Below, piece after piece: positions 1 to 9,211 of a stretch of DNA of 64,000 bases. Both the position numbers and the translations under genes were made by a program. Every line of letters begins with the position of its first letter. Position 1 is the first letter of the stretch. The stretch lies in assembly GCA_947494155.1 (NCBI GenBank), contig CANLTW010000005.1:16793-80792 (forward strand), read 5' to 3'. This DNA comes from Chlamydiota bacterium. GTDB lineage: Bacteria; Chlamydiota; Chlamydiia; Chlamydiales; RGXB01. The notes below the pieces were generated by a model. It was not told the DNA's origin. It did no database searches and saw only the letters and a list, made by a program, of their open reading frames with translations.

Positions 1-2
1 TC

Positions 3-1508
3 TATGATAAAATCCAGAATCAGGTGAAACTCCTCAGTGAGGAGGGTTTTTACGAAAAAGATAAAAAAAGCTCCATATCAGAGGCGAAATCGAGGCTTTT
101 TGTCTGTTTTGGAATGAATCAATACAAATCCATCGACCAGGCCTTAAACAAGGAATTTATCCGAGCCGTGAACAACCTTCCCGTGCAAAAAGGGCTACAC
201 TTCGAAGCTGAGGGGTTTTTCTGGAAAATTCCTTTTAGCTACAAAAAAGGGGGAAAAGCCCCCGCTTTCCTTGATAAGCCACGTAAAGCCTTTAAAAAGG
301 TGAAGATCCTTGATCCGAAAAAAGCGGTTGTATTGCGTCAAGAACTGGAGCTTAACGGCCAGGGTAAACTGCATCCCACAATTTTAGAAAGAATCCCTTT
401 TTGCAAAATTCGTAATCGGATTCTTAAAAGCGAGGCAACAGACCGTTTGACCGACACCTTGATAAACGCAGCTCCTGAGAATACCCATTACTTTTTGACG
501 ATGGATGATGATGCCCTCTCTTTAAAGGGGGAAAAAGGGTACTTTAAGCTTCTGGATGAGACTATTTTGGATGCTCTTGTTGAGGCGAATCCCTTCCCCT
601 CACTTGTCAGTTTTGGTTACAGCCTACCAGAAACTGCTGGAAAGCTTTCCAAGGTTGCCACAAAAATCGATATGGCTGTCCGCTCGGCGATGCACGCCTG
701 TTTTCCCCTCTCCTGTTACATGCCGGAACCTGGGGTCGCCTACCTTAGCGGCTACGGAGGAGATGAACTGAAAAACTTCCTCCAAAATGCTACTTTTGAA
801 CCCCAAAAAGTTCCTAGTAGAGACATGGAATCAAGGCGAATGATCGAAAGTCTGGAACAATCGGGTCTTTTAGACCCCAAAGAGACTATCTTCAAAAACG
901 TTCGTGCCTTAACTACTTCCGAGCCCCCCAGAATGGCCGCAATTTCCCAGAAATTTGCTCTAATAAGCCCTGAAGACTTGAAAAAAACAGATGTGATAAA
1001 AGAGCTCAAAAAACAGTCTCAAAACCATTTTAAAGCAAGGAGCTTTGCTCAAAATCTCTATTTTGCCCTCCCCGATAAATTCAAGTCTTTCGTAGGCGCT
1101 TATGGGGCCATCGTTATACCCATTTCTCAAATTTTTAAGGTTTTTGATCCGCTAGAGTTGCAAAAACTTTTGTTGGAAAACAAATTTATTTTGGATGAAG
1201 AGACTGCTTTCAATGCAGCTTTTGAACTTTACCTCCCCTATATCTCAGCGCTTAAAGACAAAAACAACACCCCTGACGATTGGCTAACCCATTCTGTTTT
1301 GACAAAAGAGGAGATTCAACAGATTTTTGCCATAGGGAGACAATCCCTATTAGACGCCTTTCAAGCCTTTGAGACGTACTTTTTGCAACACGATGTTGCA
1401 TGGAACAATAATGAAAAACAAAAAGTTGAAAAAACGGCACAAGCCGCCTGTTTAGCCATTTACGAAACGCTCCAAGTCATCCTAGAAAAAAATTCGTTCA
1501 ATTTCTAA
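3..1508 (+). CDS. Hypothetical protein, 5'-truncated by the window edge; possible GT-A-like (DxD) effector domain
   Basis: Frame is open from position 3 (YDKIQNQVK...), so the GTG at 24 need not be the start; contains RIPFCKIRNRI and YFLTMDDDA. Confidence 0.6.
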   Translation, partial: YDKIQNQVKLLSEEGFYEKDKKSSISEAKSRLFVCFGMNQYKSIDQALNKEFIRAVNNLPVQKGLHFEAEGFFWKIPFSYKKGGKAPAFLDKPRKAFKKVKILDPKKAVVLRQELELNGQGKLHPTILERIPFCKIRNRILKSEATDRLTDTLINAAPENTHYFLTMDDDALSLKGEKGYFKLLDETILDALVEANPFPSLVSFGYSLPETAGKLSKVATKIDMAVRSAMHACFPLSCYMPEPGVAYLSGYGGDELKNFLQNATFEPQKVPSRDMESRRMIESLEQSGLLDPKETIFKNVRALTTSEPPRMAAISQKFALISPEDLKKTDVIKELKKQSQNHFKARSFAQNLYFALPDKFKSFVGAYGAIVIPISQIFKVFDPLELQKLLLENKFILDEETAFNAAFELYLPYISALKDKNNTPDDWLTHSVLTKEEIQQIFAIGRQSLLDAFQAFETYFLQHDVAWNNNEKQKVEKTAQAACLAIYETLQVILEKNSFNF

Positions 1509-1540
1509 ACCCTCTTCTATTAGAAAAAACTCACAGCCAT

Positions 1541-2833
1541 TTAATAAATTCCTGGAAGAATTTTGTAGGGGACTTTTTTGCAATAACGGGCCCAGTCCTC
1601 TTTATATCTTTTTTGGCATCTTTGGTCATTTCGATTTGCTCTATCAACAAGCAGGGCCAATAAAAAAACAAAATAAAACCACGGGAGCGCCAGCGAAAAC
1701 CCAACAGGGATAGTCCATAAAAATGCTCCTGAAAGCTCCAGTACATACCTGAAATTACGAGAAATACCCCATAGCCCCCCGGTAATCAGAGGATACAAAT
1801 TCCCCTTGTCCTCCCCCTCTTTTGAGACCGCCTTGATATATTCGATTTCGAAAAGCTTTTGATTTTTTTGGAATTGCTCTCTCAAAATCATACGCTGGTA
1901 ATCACACCAAAAATTCATCAAAATGGCGATAGAGCCCGTTGTAAAAATCAAAATAGCCGTAAGTAGATGAAGGGTTTCGGGCATTTGTACTAAAAAAAGG
2001 GGCACTGAGGTGTAGATAACAGGTAGCCATACTAAACAGCCCCAACAAATATAGTAGCCTGCCCGATCATGCATAATATCGATTGAACGCATATACCCTT
2101 TTTCCCAGATGAAAAATTTTGTAATGTAGACGAGTTGTAAAGCGACACTCACCCACATGGCATGTGTTAAACCCCCTCCCCCCTTTTGGGCATACAAATA
2201 GGATAAAATAATCAGGGGCCAGCTCATCATTCCAAATCGGCAGTTGGTCCACTGTTTAAGGTCTATACCCCACATACGCGGATACAGCTCAGTGCCCCAA
2301 TAAAAGTCGAAAATAGGGTTGTTTGTCTTGCCTTGATCAGATGAAGAGGGAAAATAGATCCCTTTAAGGTATAAAAATGCACAAAAACCTAAACTAAACA
2401 GATTCATAGTCCCTATGCATTCCCCAAAGTGGGTGTAGAGCAGCTCAGGACGAAAAAAAGTTGTTGTGTGGGTGAGAATAAAAAAAAGTGCCACAGTAAT
2501 TAGGAAACAGGCTAACCCATTTTCTTTATACACAGGGATATTCCCGTTTGCTGTCCTGGGGCCGAAAAACTTTTTCCCCGGGATAAACTTCATCAAAAGG
2601 ATCTCCAAAACCATAAAGCACCCAATGGATATCCAGGAAAACTTGGAACCAAAAAAAACGGGGCCGATGATTGTAATCAATCCAAAGAAAAATCCCTCTT
2701 GAGAAAAAAAATGGATTAAGTTGACTAAAGAGCCCTGTAACTCAGTGGCTGTGTACCAGAAAACAAAAGCAAAAAGCGGCGTAGCCACCATCAAAAAAAG
2801 GGGAGCTAAAGTATAACGGAAAAAATGGGCCAT
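1541..2833 (-). CDS. 7-dehydrocholesterol reductase (ERG4/ERG24 sterol reductase family)
   Basis: Multi-TM protein with GPRTANGNIPVYKENG, FDFYWGTELYPR, SIDIMHDRAGYYICWGCLVW and C-terminal YCKKVPYKILPGIY. Confidence 0.92.
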   Translation of the reverse strand: MAHFFRYTLAPLFLMVATPLFAFVFWYTATELQGSLVNLIHFFSQEGFFFGLITIIGPVFFGSKFSWISIGCFMVLEILLMKFIPGKKFFGPRTANGNIPVYKENGLACFLITVALFFILTHTTTFFRPELLYTHFGECIGTMNLFSLGFCAFLYLKGIYFPSSSDQGKTNNPIFDFYWGTELYPRMWGIDLKQWTNCRFGMMSWPLIILSYLYAQKGGGGLTHAMWVSVALQLVYITKFFIWEKGYMRSIDIMHDRAGYYICWGCLVWLPVIYTSVPLFLVQMPETLHLLTAILIFTTGSIAILMNFWCDYQRMILREQFQKNQKLFEIEYIKAVSKEGEDKGNLYPLITGGLWGISRNFRYVLELSGAFLWTIPVGFSLALPWFYFVFLLALLVDRANRNDQRCQKRYKEDWARYCKKVPYKILPGIY

Positions 2834-3681
2834 TAAAGCGAAATCCTTACCTCGATGGAGGCGTTTTTTTGTGTAACAATTCTGGGGTTAATAGCCGCGA
2901 TCGGCTCAATACAGATAAAAGGGCTATCCTCACGACGGTAGAGCTGGAAGGAGAGATCAGGGGACGCTTTTGCCTGAATCAAGAGAATGGATCCCCCCAT
3001 TCTTATTTCCACTTCACCGAAGCCCTCTTTATCCAGTTGCGGAGAGAAAGTATAGTCTAAAGGTTTATCCACCGGTATTTTTAGCCCCCGATCCCCTAGC
3101 CATTCGGGAGGAACCGACTTCTTATTTAGCTTATCATAGTAAAAAGGGGCACCAACTAAATCTACAGTCTTCATCGAATGGTCTAGAGCGTAGTAGGTGT
3201 GTAGACCTACAACTACAGGTTGGGAGGTGCTTTTAGCTTTGTAGACAATTTTTAGTTCCCGATTCGAGACTGTTGCCTCAAATTCCATAACAAAATCAAA
3301 ACCCTCAATCTCACCAAGAGTGATCCCTTCAATCGTATCGTGTGAATCCAGTATGGCATGAAAGGAGTTCTTTTGTTGTCGAGTCACTTTCCAAGGAACA
3401 TACCTGGCTATCCCGTGCGAAAAGGGCTCGGCCTCCCTTCTAAACTGGAGTTTTGTTGCGAGTTTATCCAAGATGCCGTCGTCCAAGTAGGGTATAGTAT
3501 CTATCACTCTGTGATGAAAATGGGGGCCAATAAGAGGTCCCAGCCCTCTTGAACTCTCTAAGAATTCTTTTTGTGTCGATTGCTCAATCAGCTCATGACC
3601 CTCAATAATCAGGCTCATTAAGTTCAAACCCTTTTGGGGATTGAAAGTAGCTTTTACCCCTTTATCCTCTAAAATAATCAT
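2833..3681 (-). CDS. Aldose 1-epimerase / galactose mutarotase-like protein
   Basis: HGIAR, GLHTYY, LDYTF and FICIEP motifs. Confidence 0.75.
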   Translation of the reverse strand: MIILEDKGVKATFNPQKGLNLMSLIIEGHELIEQSTQKEFLESSRGLGPLIGPHFHHRVIDTIPYLDDGILDKLATKLQFRREAEPFSHGIARYVPWKVTRQQKNSFHAILDSHDTIEGITLGEIEGFDFVMEFEATVSNRELKIVYKAKSTSQPVVVGLHTYYALDHSMKTVDLVGAPFYYDKLNKKSVPPEWLGDRGLKIPVDKPLDYTFSPQLDKEGFGEVEIRMGGSILLIQAKASPDLSFQLYRREDSPFICIEPIAAINPRIVTQKNASIEVRISL

Positions 3682-4022
3682 GAAGACACCCTGCAGATTT
3701 CATCAATTTTTTTGGCTAAAATAAAATCATTGAGATGCAACCCCTGAATTTTGTGCGTGAAAATTCTTACAAAAAGACGCCCCCAAGAAAGCTCCATGTC
3801 GGGGTGGTGCCCCTGGATCTCACTCACAAAAGCTATAGCATTGAGCAGCTGAAGAGGCTTTACAAAATCTTTGAAGTAAAAAGTCTTCTCCAATCTTTTT
3901 TCCCCCTCAACGACCCAGCCCTCCAATTGGGCTAAAAGGGGCGAAATCTCTTTTAAAGAGAGCGGTTGTGAGAGCCCTGAGCAGGCAGAACATGTTTTGG
4001 ATTCTAAAAACTCTTTGCCCAT
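3678..4022 (-). CDS. phhB: Pterin-4-alpha-carbinolamine dehydratase
   Basis: GHHPD, THKIQGLHLNDFILAKKID. Confidence 0.9.
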   Translation of the reverse strand: MGKEFLESKTCSACSGLSQPLSLKEISPLLAQLEGWVVEGEKRLEKTFYFKDFVKPLQLLNAIAFVSEIQGHHPDMELSWGRLFVRIFTHKIQGLHLNDFILAKKIDEICRVSS

Positions 4023-4090
4023 TAAAAGAATTCTCCCTTCAGTTTATCTTCGGTGATAACTGAAGAGAGAAATAGGGATCAAGTGTTTTT

Positions 4091-5815
4091 TTAGCTCGTT
4101 TTGACCCTAAGAACTCCCGCATCCAAAAGAACCAAAGCAGCCCCTTTTGTGGTCAACTGCAGATACTCTTGGCCCGAGTCATTCTGTGTCATAGTAAAAA
4201 ACGCAGAGTTGAAGCTAAAGTTTTCGTCTACGAGTGGGTATTTTTCCTGGTTTTTTGCTACCCATTCCATAAGATCCTGTGAGGGTATTTTTTGGAAGGC
4301 TTTTGCAACTTTTCTTGCTCCCTGCATCTCAGAACTAACTACTACCTCGGGTTTCATCGCCTCCTGTAGAGCTTCAATCCAAGTTTTTACGTCTTCGATA
4401 TGAGGCATAGATTCTTTGGTTTTAGCAGCAAAATGGTTGTAATACTTCCCACTGAGGATACTTCCCAGATTCTGATGGTTCGAGGTGGAGTTAACAGCAA
4501 ATTCCGCTAGCTTAGTTCTCCAGACAGGTCTCAAGACGAGATGCATATGTTGGATAAAATGGACATTATTCTCACCTCCTGTCAAATCAATACATTTATT
4601 TAAAAGGCCGAATAATTTGGTTTTAGAAACCTGTAACATGAACCTGATCTTCTCATTCAGCTGCTCTGTTCTGATTTCCGCAAAATGGGCATGAATTTTA
4701 TTAATCAAGCCGGAGTACTGGGTATCGGGATAAATAGCTCCAAGTTCTCCTACCCACGCATCCACACAGTTATTTCCGATTGAGTTGAGTTCTTTCAAGA
4801 TAGGCTCCAACTCCGCTTTATCCAGTGTCAATAAATGCCTTAGAAAAAGGCCAAACATCTTTTCATATTTGTCCCAATGCACAGGTAACACATCAGATCC
4901 ACCCCCAAGGAGGTAGGATTTCTTTAATCTTAAAAAACCCTCTTGTAAAGCTCCTTCAAGCGAGTATTCTTCGATTTTTTTTGTCAAAGCCCCCATGATT
5001 TGCTCCTTACTTGCCTCATGAAGATCATCTTGAATAGTAATATCGAGATATTGGGGTATTCTATGCACAGAAGTGGAATCGTATTCCAATTCCAGTTGAA
5101 GAGGCAAAAATTCCAGTTGAAGAGGCAAAAAAGGTGCAGAACTAAGCTTTTTTGCATACAACTCTACTTGATGAGCGTTTACGCAATTTGGTTTAGCACA
5201 AAGCGACGCGGCCAAATCGATTCCGTTACCTTGTCTCAATAAATAGATGTTGAGCTTCTCTGCCAAGGCCATAAACAGGAAAAATTTGGAGAGCAAAGAG
5301 AGTAATCCCGTTATGGGGGAACTTAAAAAATCCATAACGAGAAGGGGTGTGGTAAAAAACTCAATCGCACGATAGATTGCTGGGGGAAGTTTGTTGTTTT
5401 TTTGCAAATAAGCCAGTGTTAATCCTACAAAAATTGCCGTTGCGGCTTGAAAAGAATGTAAATAAAAAAGGGCAACGGTCCCTACTAGCTTGGCAACATC
5501 CAGCCACTTTGTAGACCTTTTGATGGTTTGATCTATTTTTTCTAAATGCAGCGATTTTTGAAAAAACAACCCGAGATAAGCTACGGGCAAAAAATTTAAA
5601 ACCAAAGACACCTTTCCCCAAGAGCGGGAAAAAACGGTGGTTGGTTTTGCAGCTTTTTTTATTAAAGACCCAATCAGATCCAATGATTGACATTCTAAGG
5701 ACAACACACCCATATTTCTCTGTCCGTCTAATTCATCTTGCCTTTTTAGGATGTCCAGAAAGAAAACGTTTTGTGATAGGCTTAAAGTCCTACAAGCTCC
5801 AACAGCTAGATGCAT
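4091..5815 (-). CDS. Hypothetical membrane protein, possible effector
   Basis: 574-aa ORF; several N-terminal hydrophobic segments followed by a helical soluble region. Confidence 0.6.
   Translation of the reverse strand: MHLAVGACRTLSLSQNVFFLDILKRQDELDGQRNMGVLSLECQSLDLIGSLIKKAAKPTTVFSRSWGKVSLVLNFLPVAYLGLFFQKSLHLEKIDQTIKRSTKWLDVAKLVGTVALFYLHSFQAATAIFVGLTLAYLQKNNKLPPAIYRAIEFFTTPLLVMDFLSSPITGLLSLLSKFFLFMALAEKLNIYLLRQGNGIDLAASLCAKPNCVNAHQVELYAKKLSSAPFLPLQLEFLPLQLELEYDSTSVHRIPQYLDITIQDDLHEASKEQIMGALTKKIEEYSLEGALQEGFLRLKKSYLLGGGSDVLPVHWDKYEKMFGLFLRHLLTLDKAELEPILKELNSIGNNCVDAWVGELGAIYPDTQYSGLINKIHAHFAEIRTEQLNEKIRFMLQVSKTKLFGLLNKCIDLTGGENNVHFIQHMHLVLRPVWRTKLAEFAVNSTSNHQNLGSILSGKYYNHFAAKTKESMPHIEDVKTWIEALQEAMKPEVVVSSEMQGARKVAKAFQKIPSQDLMEWVAKNQEKYPLVDENFSFNSAFFTMTQNDSGQEYLQLTTKGAALVLLDAGVLRVKTS
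5088..5129. repeat. Perfect 21-bp tandem duplication (FLPLQLE x2) inside the 4091-5815 CDS
   Basis: aattccagttgaagaggcaaa occurs twice back to back. Confidence 0.95.
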
Positions 5816-6101
5816 AAAAATCTCAAAAATTAATTATTATAAAAAACAATTTTTATTTACCCGGTTTTTTTAGCCCCCCATGTGGAGCCGGGGTTTGCAG
5901 CTGATCCAAATTCGTCAAATCTGGGCTAGCTTAGCGGGACATTTTAACATAATCTTCATTAAAATACCTAGAAATTGCCCTGCATGGCACCCTGAATTTT
6001 TTATTTTTGCACCGTTTTTTCTAGGGCACTTTTGTTTGTTCAGTAAAAAAAAGGGCTGTTTATTTGTTTTCTAACGCCGTTTTGAGTTACACTCTAGCCT
6101 T

Positions 6102-8315
6102 ATGCTTGAAACTCTTGCCGGAACGATCGATCAGATCGTCTTTCAAAATGAAGAAAACGGCTACACCGTTGCGCGATTAAAAAGTCCCAGTCTTAAAGAA
6201 CCGGTTGTCGTGGTCGGGAATTTGATGCCGCTCTCTTCAGGTGAAATTATCACAGCAGAGGGTCTTTGGAAGCACCACCCTGCATTCGGCCGACAATTTG
6301 TTGTGGAGGCATTTGAGGTTAGTCTTCCGAAAGATCTCAAAGGGATCGAGAGATACCTTGAGTCGGGTGTGATTAAAGGGATCGGCCCTACATATGCCAA
6401 ACGGATTGTGGACTATTTTGGGACGAAAACCTTTGATATTCTGGATCAAAATATTGGACGTTTGGAAGAGGTGGAAGGGATCGGGGAAAAAAGGTTACAA
6501 AAGATCAAAGGTTCTTGGACTGAGCAAGGGGCTATTCGGAATGTGATGGTTTTTTTAAGGGGTCACAATGTCAGCCTCTCTTTAGCCCAAAAAATCTATC
6601 GACGCTACAAAGAGGGGGCTCTTGAGGTCATCCAAACAAACCCGTACCAGTTAGCTCGGGATATTCCGGGGATAGGATTCAAAACTGCCGATGCATTAGC
6701 GCAAGAGATTGGTATCGAAAAAAATTCCCCTGACCGGATCCGATCTGCCATCGAACACATCCTGAGAGTTCTTTGTGACGAGGGGCACACCTGCTATCCC
6801 CTTAAAGGTTTATTAGAACATGGAAAAAACCTCCTCGAGGTGGAACAGGATCTGATCGAAAAACAGGTCCAGCCCATCGTAAATGAAGGGCGGCTTGTAT
6901 CGATCAAACTGTTTGAAAATGCCCAAGATCAGATGCTTTGGACAAAAAACCTTTTTGAAACCGAAATGTCTATTGTTGACGAGCTCAAAAGGCTTGAAAG
7001 CCACTCTTGTTGTTTGCGTTCAGTGGACACCTCAAAAGCGATCCCATGGGTAGAGGAGCAGCTCGGGCTGGAGTTTGCTAGCGAACAAAAAATGGCGATC
7101 ACAAAAAGTATGGAAGAGAAGATCCATATTATAACAGGCGGCCCCGGAACAGGGAAGAGCACCATCACCAAAGCTATTTTAACCCTTTCAGAAAAACTCA
7201 CCTCAAAAATCCTGCTTGCTGCCCCTACTGGTAGAGCTGCAAAAAGATTGAGTGAGATCACAAAAAAGAAAGCCTCCACGATTCATAGCCTTCTAGAGAT
7301 GGATTTTACACAAGGGGGATTCAAAAGAAACAGGATGAACCCGCTTGCTTGTGATCTCCTTATTTTAGATGAAGCAAGTATGATCGATACGCAACTGATG
7401 GGGCATCTTCTTAAAGCGGTTCCCACAAAAGCTCGTATTTTGATTATTGGAGATATCGATCAGCTCCCCAGCGTTGGAGCAGGTAGTGTCTTAAAAGATC
7501 TCATCGAATCGCAAACAATCACTACAACTCGCCTCAAAGAGATCTTTAGGCAAGCTAAAGGGTCGAGGATTGTGCGGAATGCGCACAGAGTCAATCAGGG
7601 ACTTTTTCCCGAACTTGAAGAAGATCCCAAATCGGACTTCTGGTTTATCCCTTTGGAAAAACCAGAAGATATTTTGAATAAAATCCTAGAGCTTGTATGC
7701 AATAAGCTTCCCCAAGAGAAAAATGCACACCCCTTTGAGGAAATACAGGTCCTATCCCCTATGAAAAAAGGGGTTCTGGGGACATTAAACATCAATATAG
7801 CCTTACAAGACAGACTCAATCCCTCTCTTAAAAGAATCACAAAAATGGGGCGCACCTTTCGCCTTGGAGATAAGGTGATGCAGATCCGCAACAACTACGA
7901 CAAACTCGTGTTTAACGGGGATGTGGGACGAATTGTAGAGATTGATGAAGAGAAAGAGGGGCTTGTCGTCCTTTTTGATGGGCAGGAGGTGGAGTATGAT
8001 TTCACAGAGATGGATGAACTGATTTTGGCCTATGCTGTGAGTGTTCATAAATACCAAGGGAGCGAGTGCCCGGTAGTGATTATGCCGGTACACACTAGCC
8101 ACTTTAAACTTTTAGTCAAAAACCTGGTCTATACAGGTATCACAAGGGGGAAAAGGCTTGTGATTTTAGTCGGATCCAAAAGGGCTGTGGCAATCGCGGT
8201 TAAAAGCGTCGCAGTGGATCAAAGATTCACCGGACTGAAACATTTTTTAAAAGAGAACCTCAAGAAAAATGGCCCACGCGTAGTCGAATCCACCCAAGAG
8301 ACCCTGTTTGTGTAA
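6102..8315 (+). CDS. recD2: ATP-dependent RecD2-like DNA helicase
   Basis: N-terminal OB and HhH region (GIGPTYAKRIV), Walker A GGPGTGKST, DEASMID, YAVSVHKYQGSE. Confidence 0.95.
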   Translation: MLETLAGTIDQIVFQNEENGYTVARLKSPSLKEPVVVVGNLMPLSSGEIITAEGLWKHHPAFGRQFVVEAFEVSLPKDLKGIERYLESGVIKGIGPTYAKRIVDYFGTKTFDILDQNIGRLEEVEGIGEKRLQKIKGSWTEQGAIRNVMVFLRGHNVSLSLAQKIYRRYKEGALEVIQTNPYQLARDIPGIGFKTADALAQEIGIEKNSPDRIRSAIEHILRVLCDEGHTCYPLKGLLEHGKNLLEVEQDLIEKQVQPIVNEGRLVSIKLFENAQDQMLWTKNLFETEMSIVDELKRLESHSCCLRSVDTSKAIPWVEEQLGLEFASEQKMAITKSMEEKIHIITGGPGTGKSTITKAILTLSEKLTSKILLAAPTGRAAKRLSEITKKKASTIHSLLEMDFTQGGFKRNRMNPLACDLLILDEASMIDTQLMGHLLKAVPTKARILIIGDIDQLPSVGAGSVLKDLIESQTITTTRLKEIFRQAKGSRIVRNAHRVNQGLFPELEEDPKSDFWFIPLEKPEDILNKILELVCNKLPQEKNAHPFEEIQVLSPMKKGVLGTLNINIALQDRLNPSLKRITKMGRTFRLGDKVMQIRNNYDKLVFNGDVGRIVEIDEEKEGLVVLFDGQEVEYDFTEMDELILAYAVSVHKYQGSECPVVIMPVHTSHFKLLVKNLVYTGITRGKRLVILVGSKRAVAIAVKSVAVDQRFTGLKHFLKENLKKNGPRVVESTQETLFV

Positions 8316-8535
8316 TTGCGTTTCTCCCCTTGTTATCCTACTCCCCTCGATGTAGAACAATATTTTTTCATATGCTCTTTTGGAAAAATTGCACCTTTTT
8401 TCTATTACACTGCCATATCTTAAGAATTCCCTTTTTATGGTGAAGTTTTTTCCCTAATTTCAAATAATAGGTATCTAACAAATTCAAAATGACAGAACTG
8501 CCTAGGTAAGAACCCCTCAACAAAGGAGGACCAGA

Positions 8536-9186
8536 GTGCGAGCTGCGGTGATATTTTCAGGGTGCGGACAAAAAGAGGGGACCGAAATTAGTGAGGCGGT
8601 TTGCTGTTTACTTGCCTTAGAAAAACGGGGGATTATTTGGGAGGGTTTTGCCCCTAATAAGACCTTTATGGCCTGCTCATACATTAAGGGGAGCAAAAAA
8701 GAGTTGGGAGAAAGGGGGATTATTGACGAGGCTTGCCGAATAACTCGACGTGATGTGCACCCTCTTGAAGGACTTAAAGTGGAAGAGTTTGACCTTTTGT
8801 GCCTTCCCGGGGGATTAGGAGCGGCTAAAATACTTTCTAATTTCAAAACTCATGGATTTCAAGGTGAGGTTCTTGAGAGTTTAAAAGAGATTATCCTCTC
8901 GTTTCACAAACAAAAAAAACCTATTGTGGCTATTTGTTTATCCCCTGCAATCGTGGCGATTGCGTTAAAAAACGAGAAAAACATAAAAATTACCATGGGA
9001 ATGGACAAGAGTTATCAAACTGGATGCTCCTGGGCAGTAATAAAAGAATCCGCAGCAACCGATTGTGTTCTAGACCCTTTAAACCGGATCGTCTCCACAC
9101 CCGCATTCATGATAGAAAACGCTACACGTTATGATGTCTTTTGCGGTATTGATAAGGCGATAGAAGAGGCTACAAAACTTTTGTAG
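8536..9186 (+). CDS. elbB: ElbB / ES1 glyoxalase (DJ-1/PfpI family)
   Basis: SGCGQKEGTEISEA, LPGGLGAAKILS, AICLSP, IVSTPAFM. Confidence 0.88.
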   Translation: MRAAVIFSGCGQKEGTEISEAVCCLLALEKRGIIWEGFAPNKTFMACSYIKGSKKELGERGIIDEACRITRRDVHPLEGLKVEEFDLLCLPGGLGAAKILSNFKTHGFQGEVLESLKEIILSFHKQKKPIVAICLSPAIVAIALKNEKNIKITMGMDKSYQTGCSWAVIKESAATDCVLDPLNRIVSTPAFMIENATRYDVFCGIDKAIEEATKLL

Positions 9187-9211
9187 CCCCTTAAGCCATT
9201 TTGAAAAAGAA

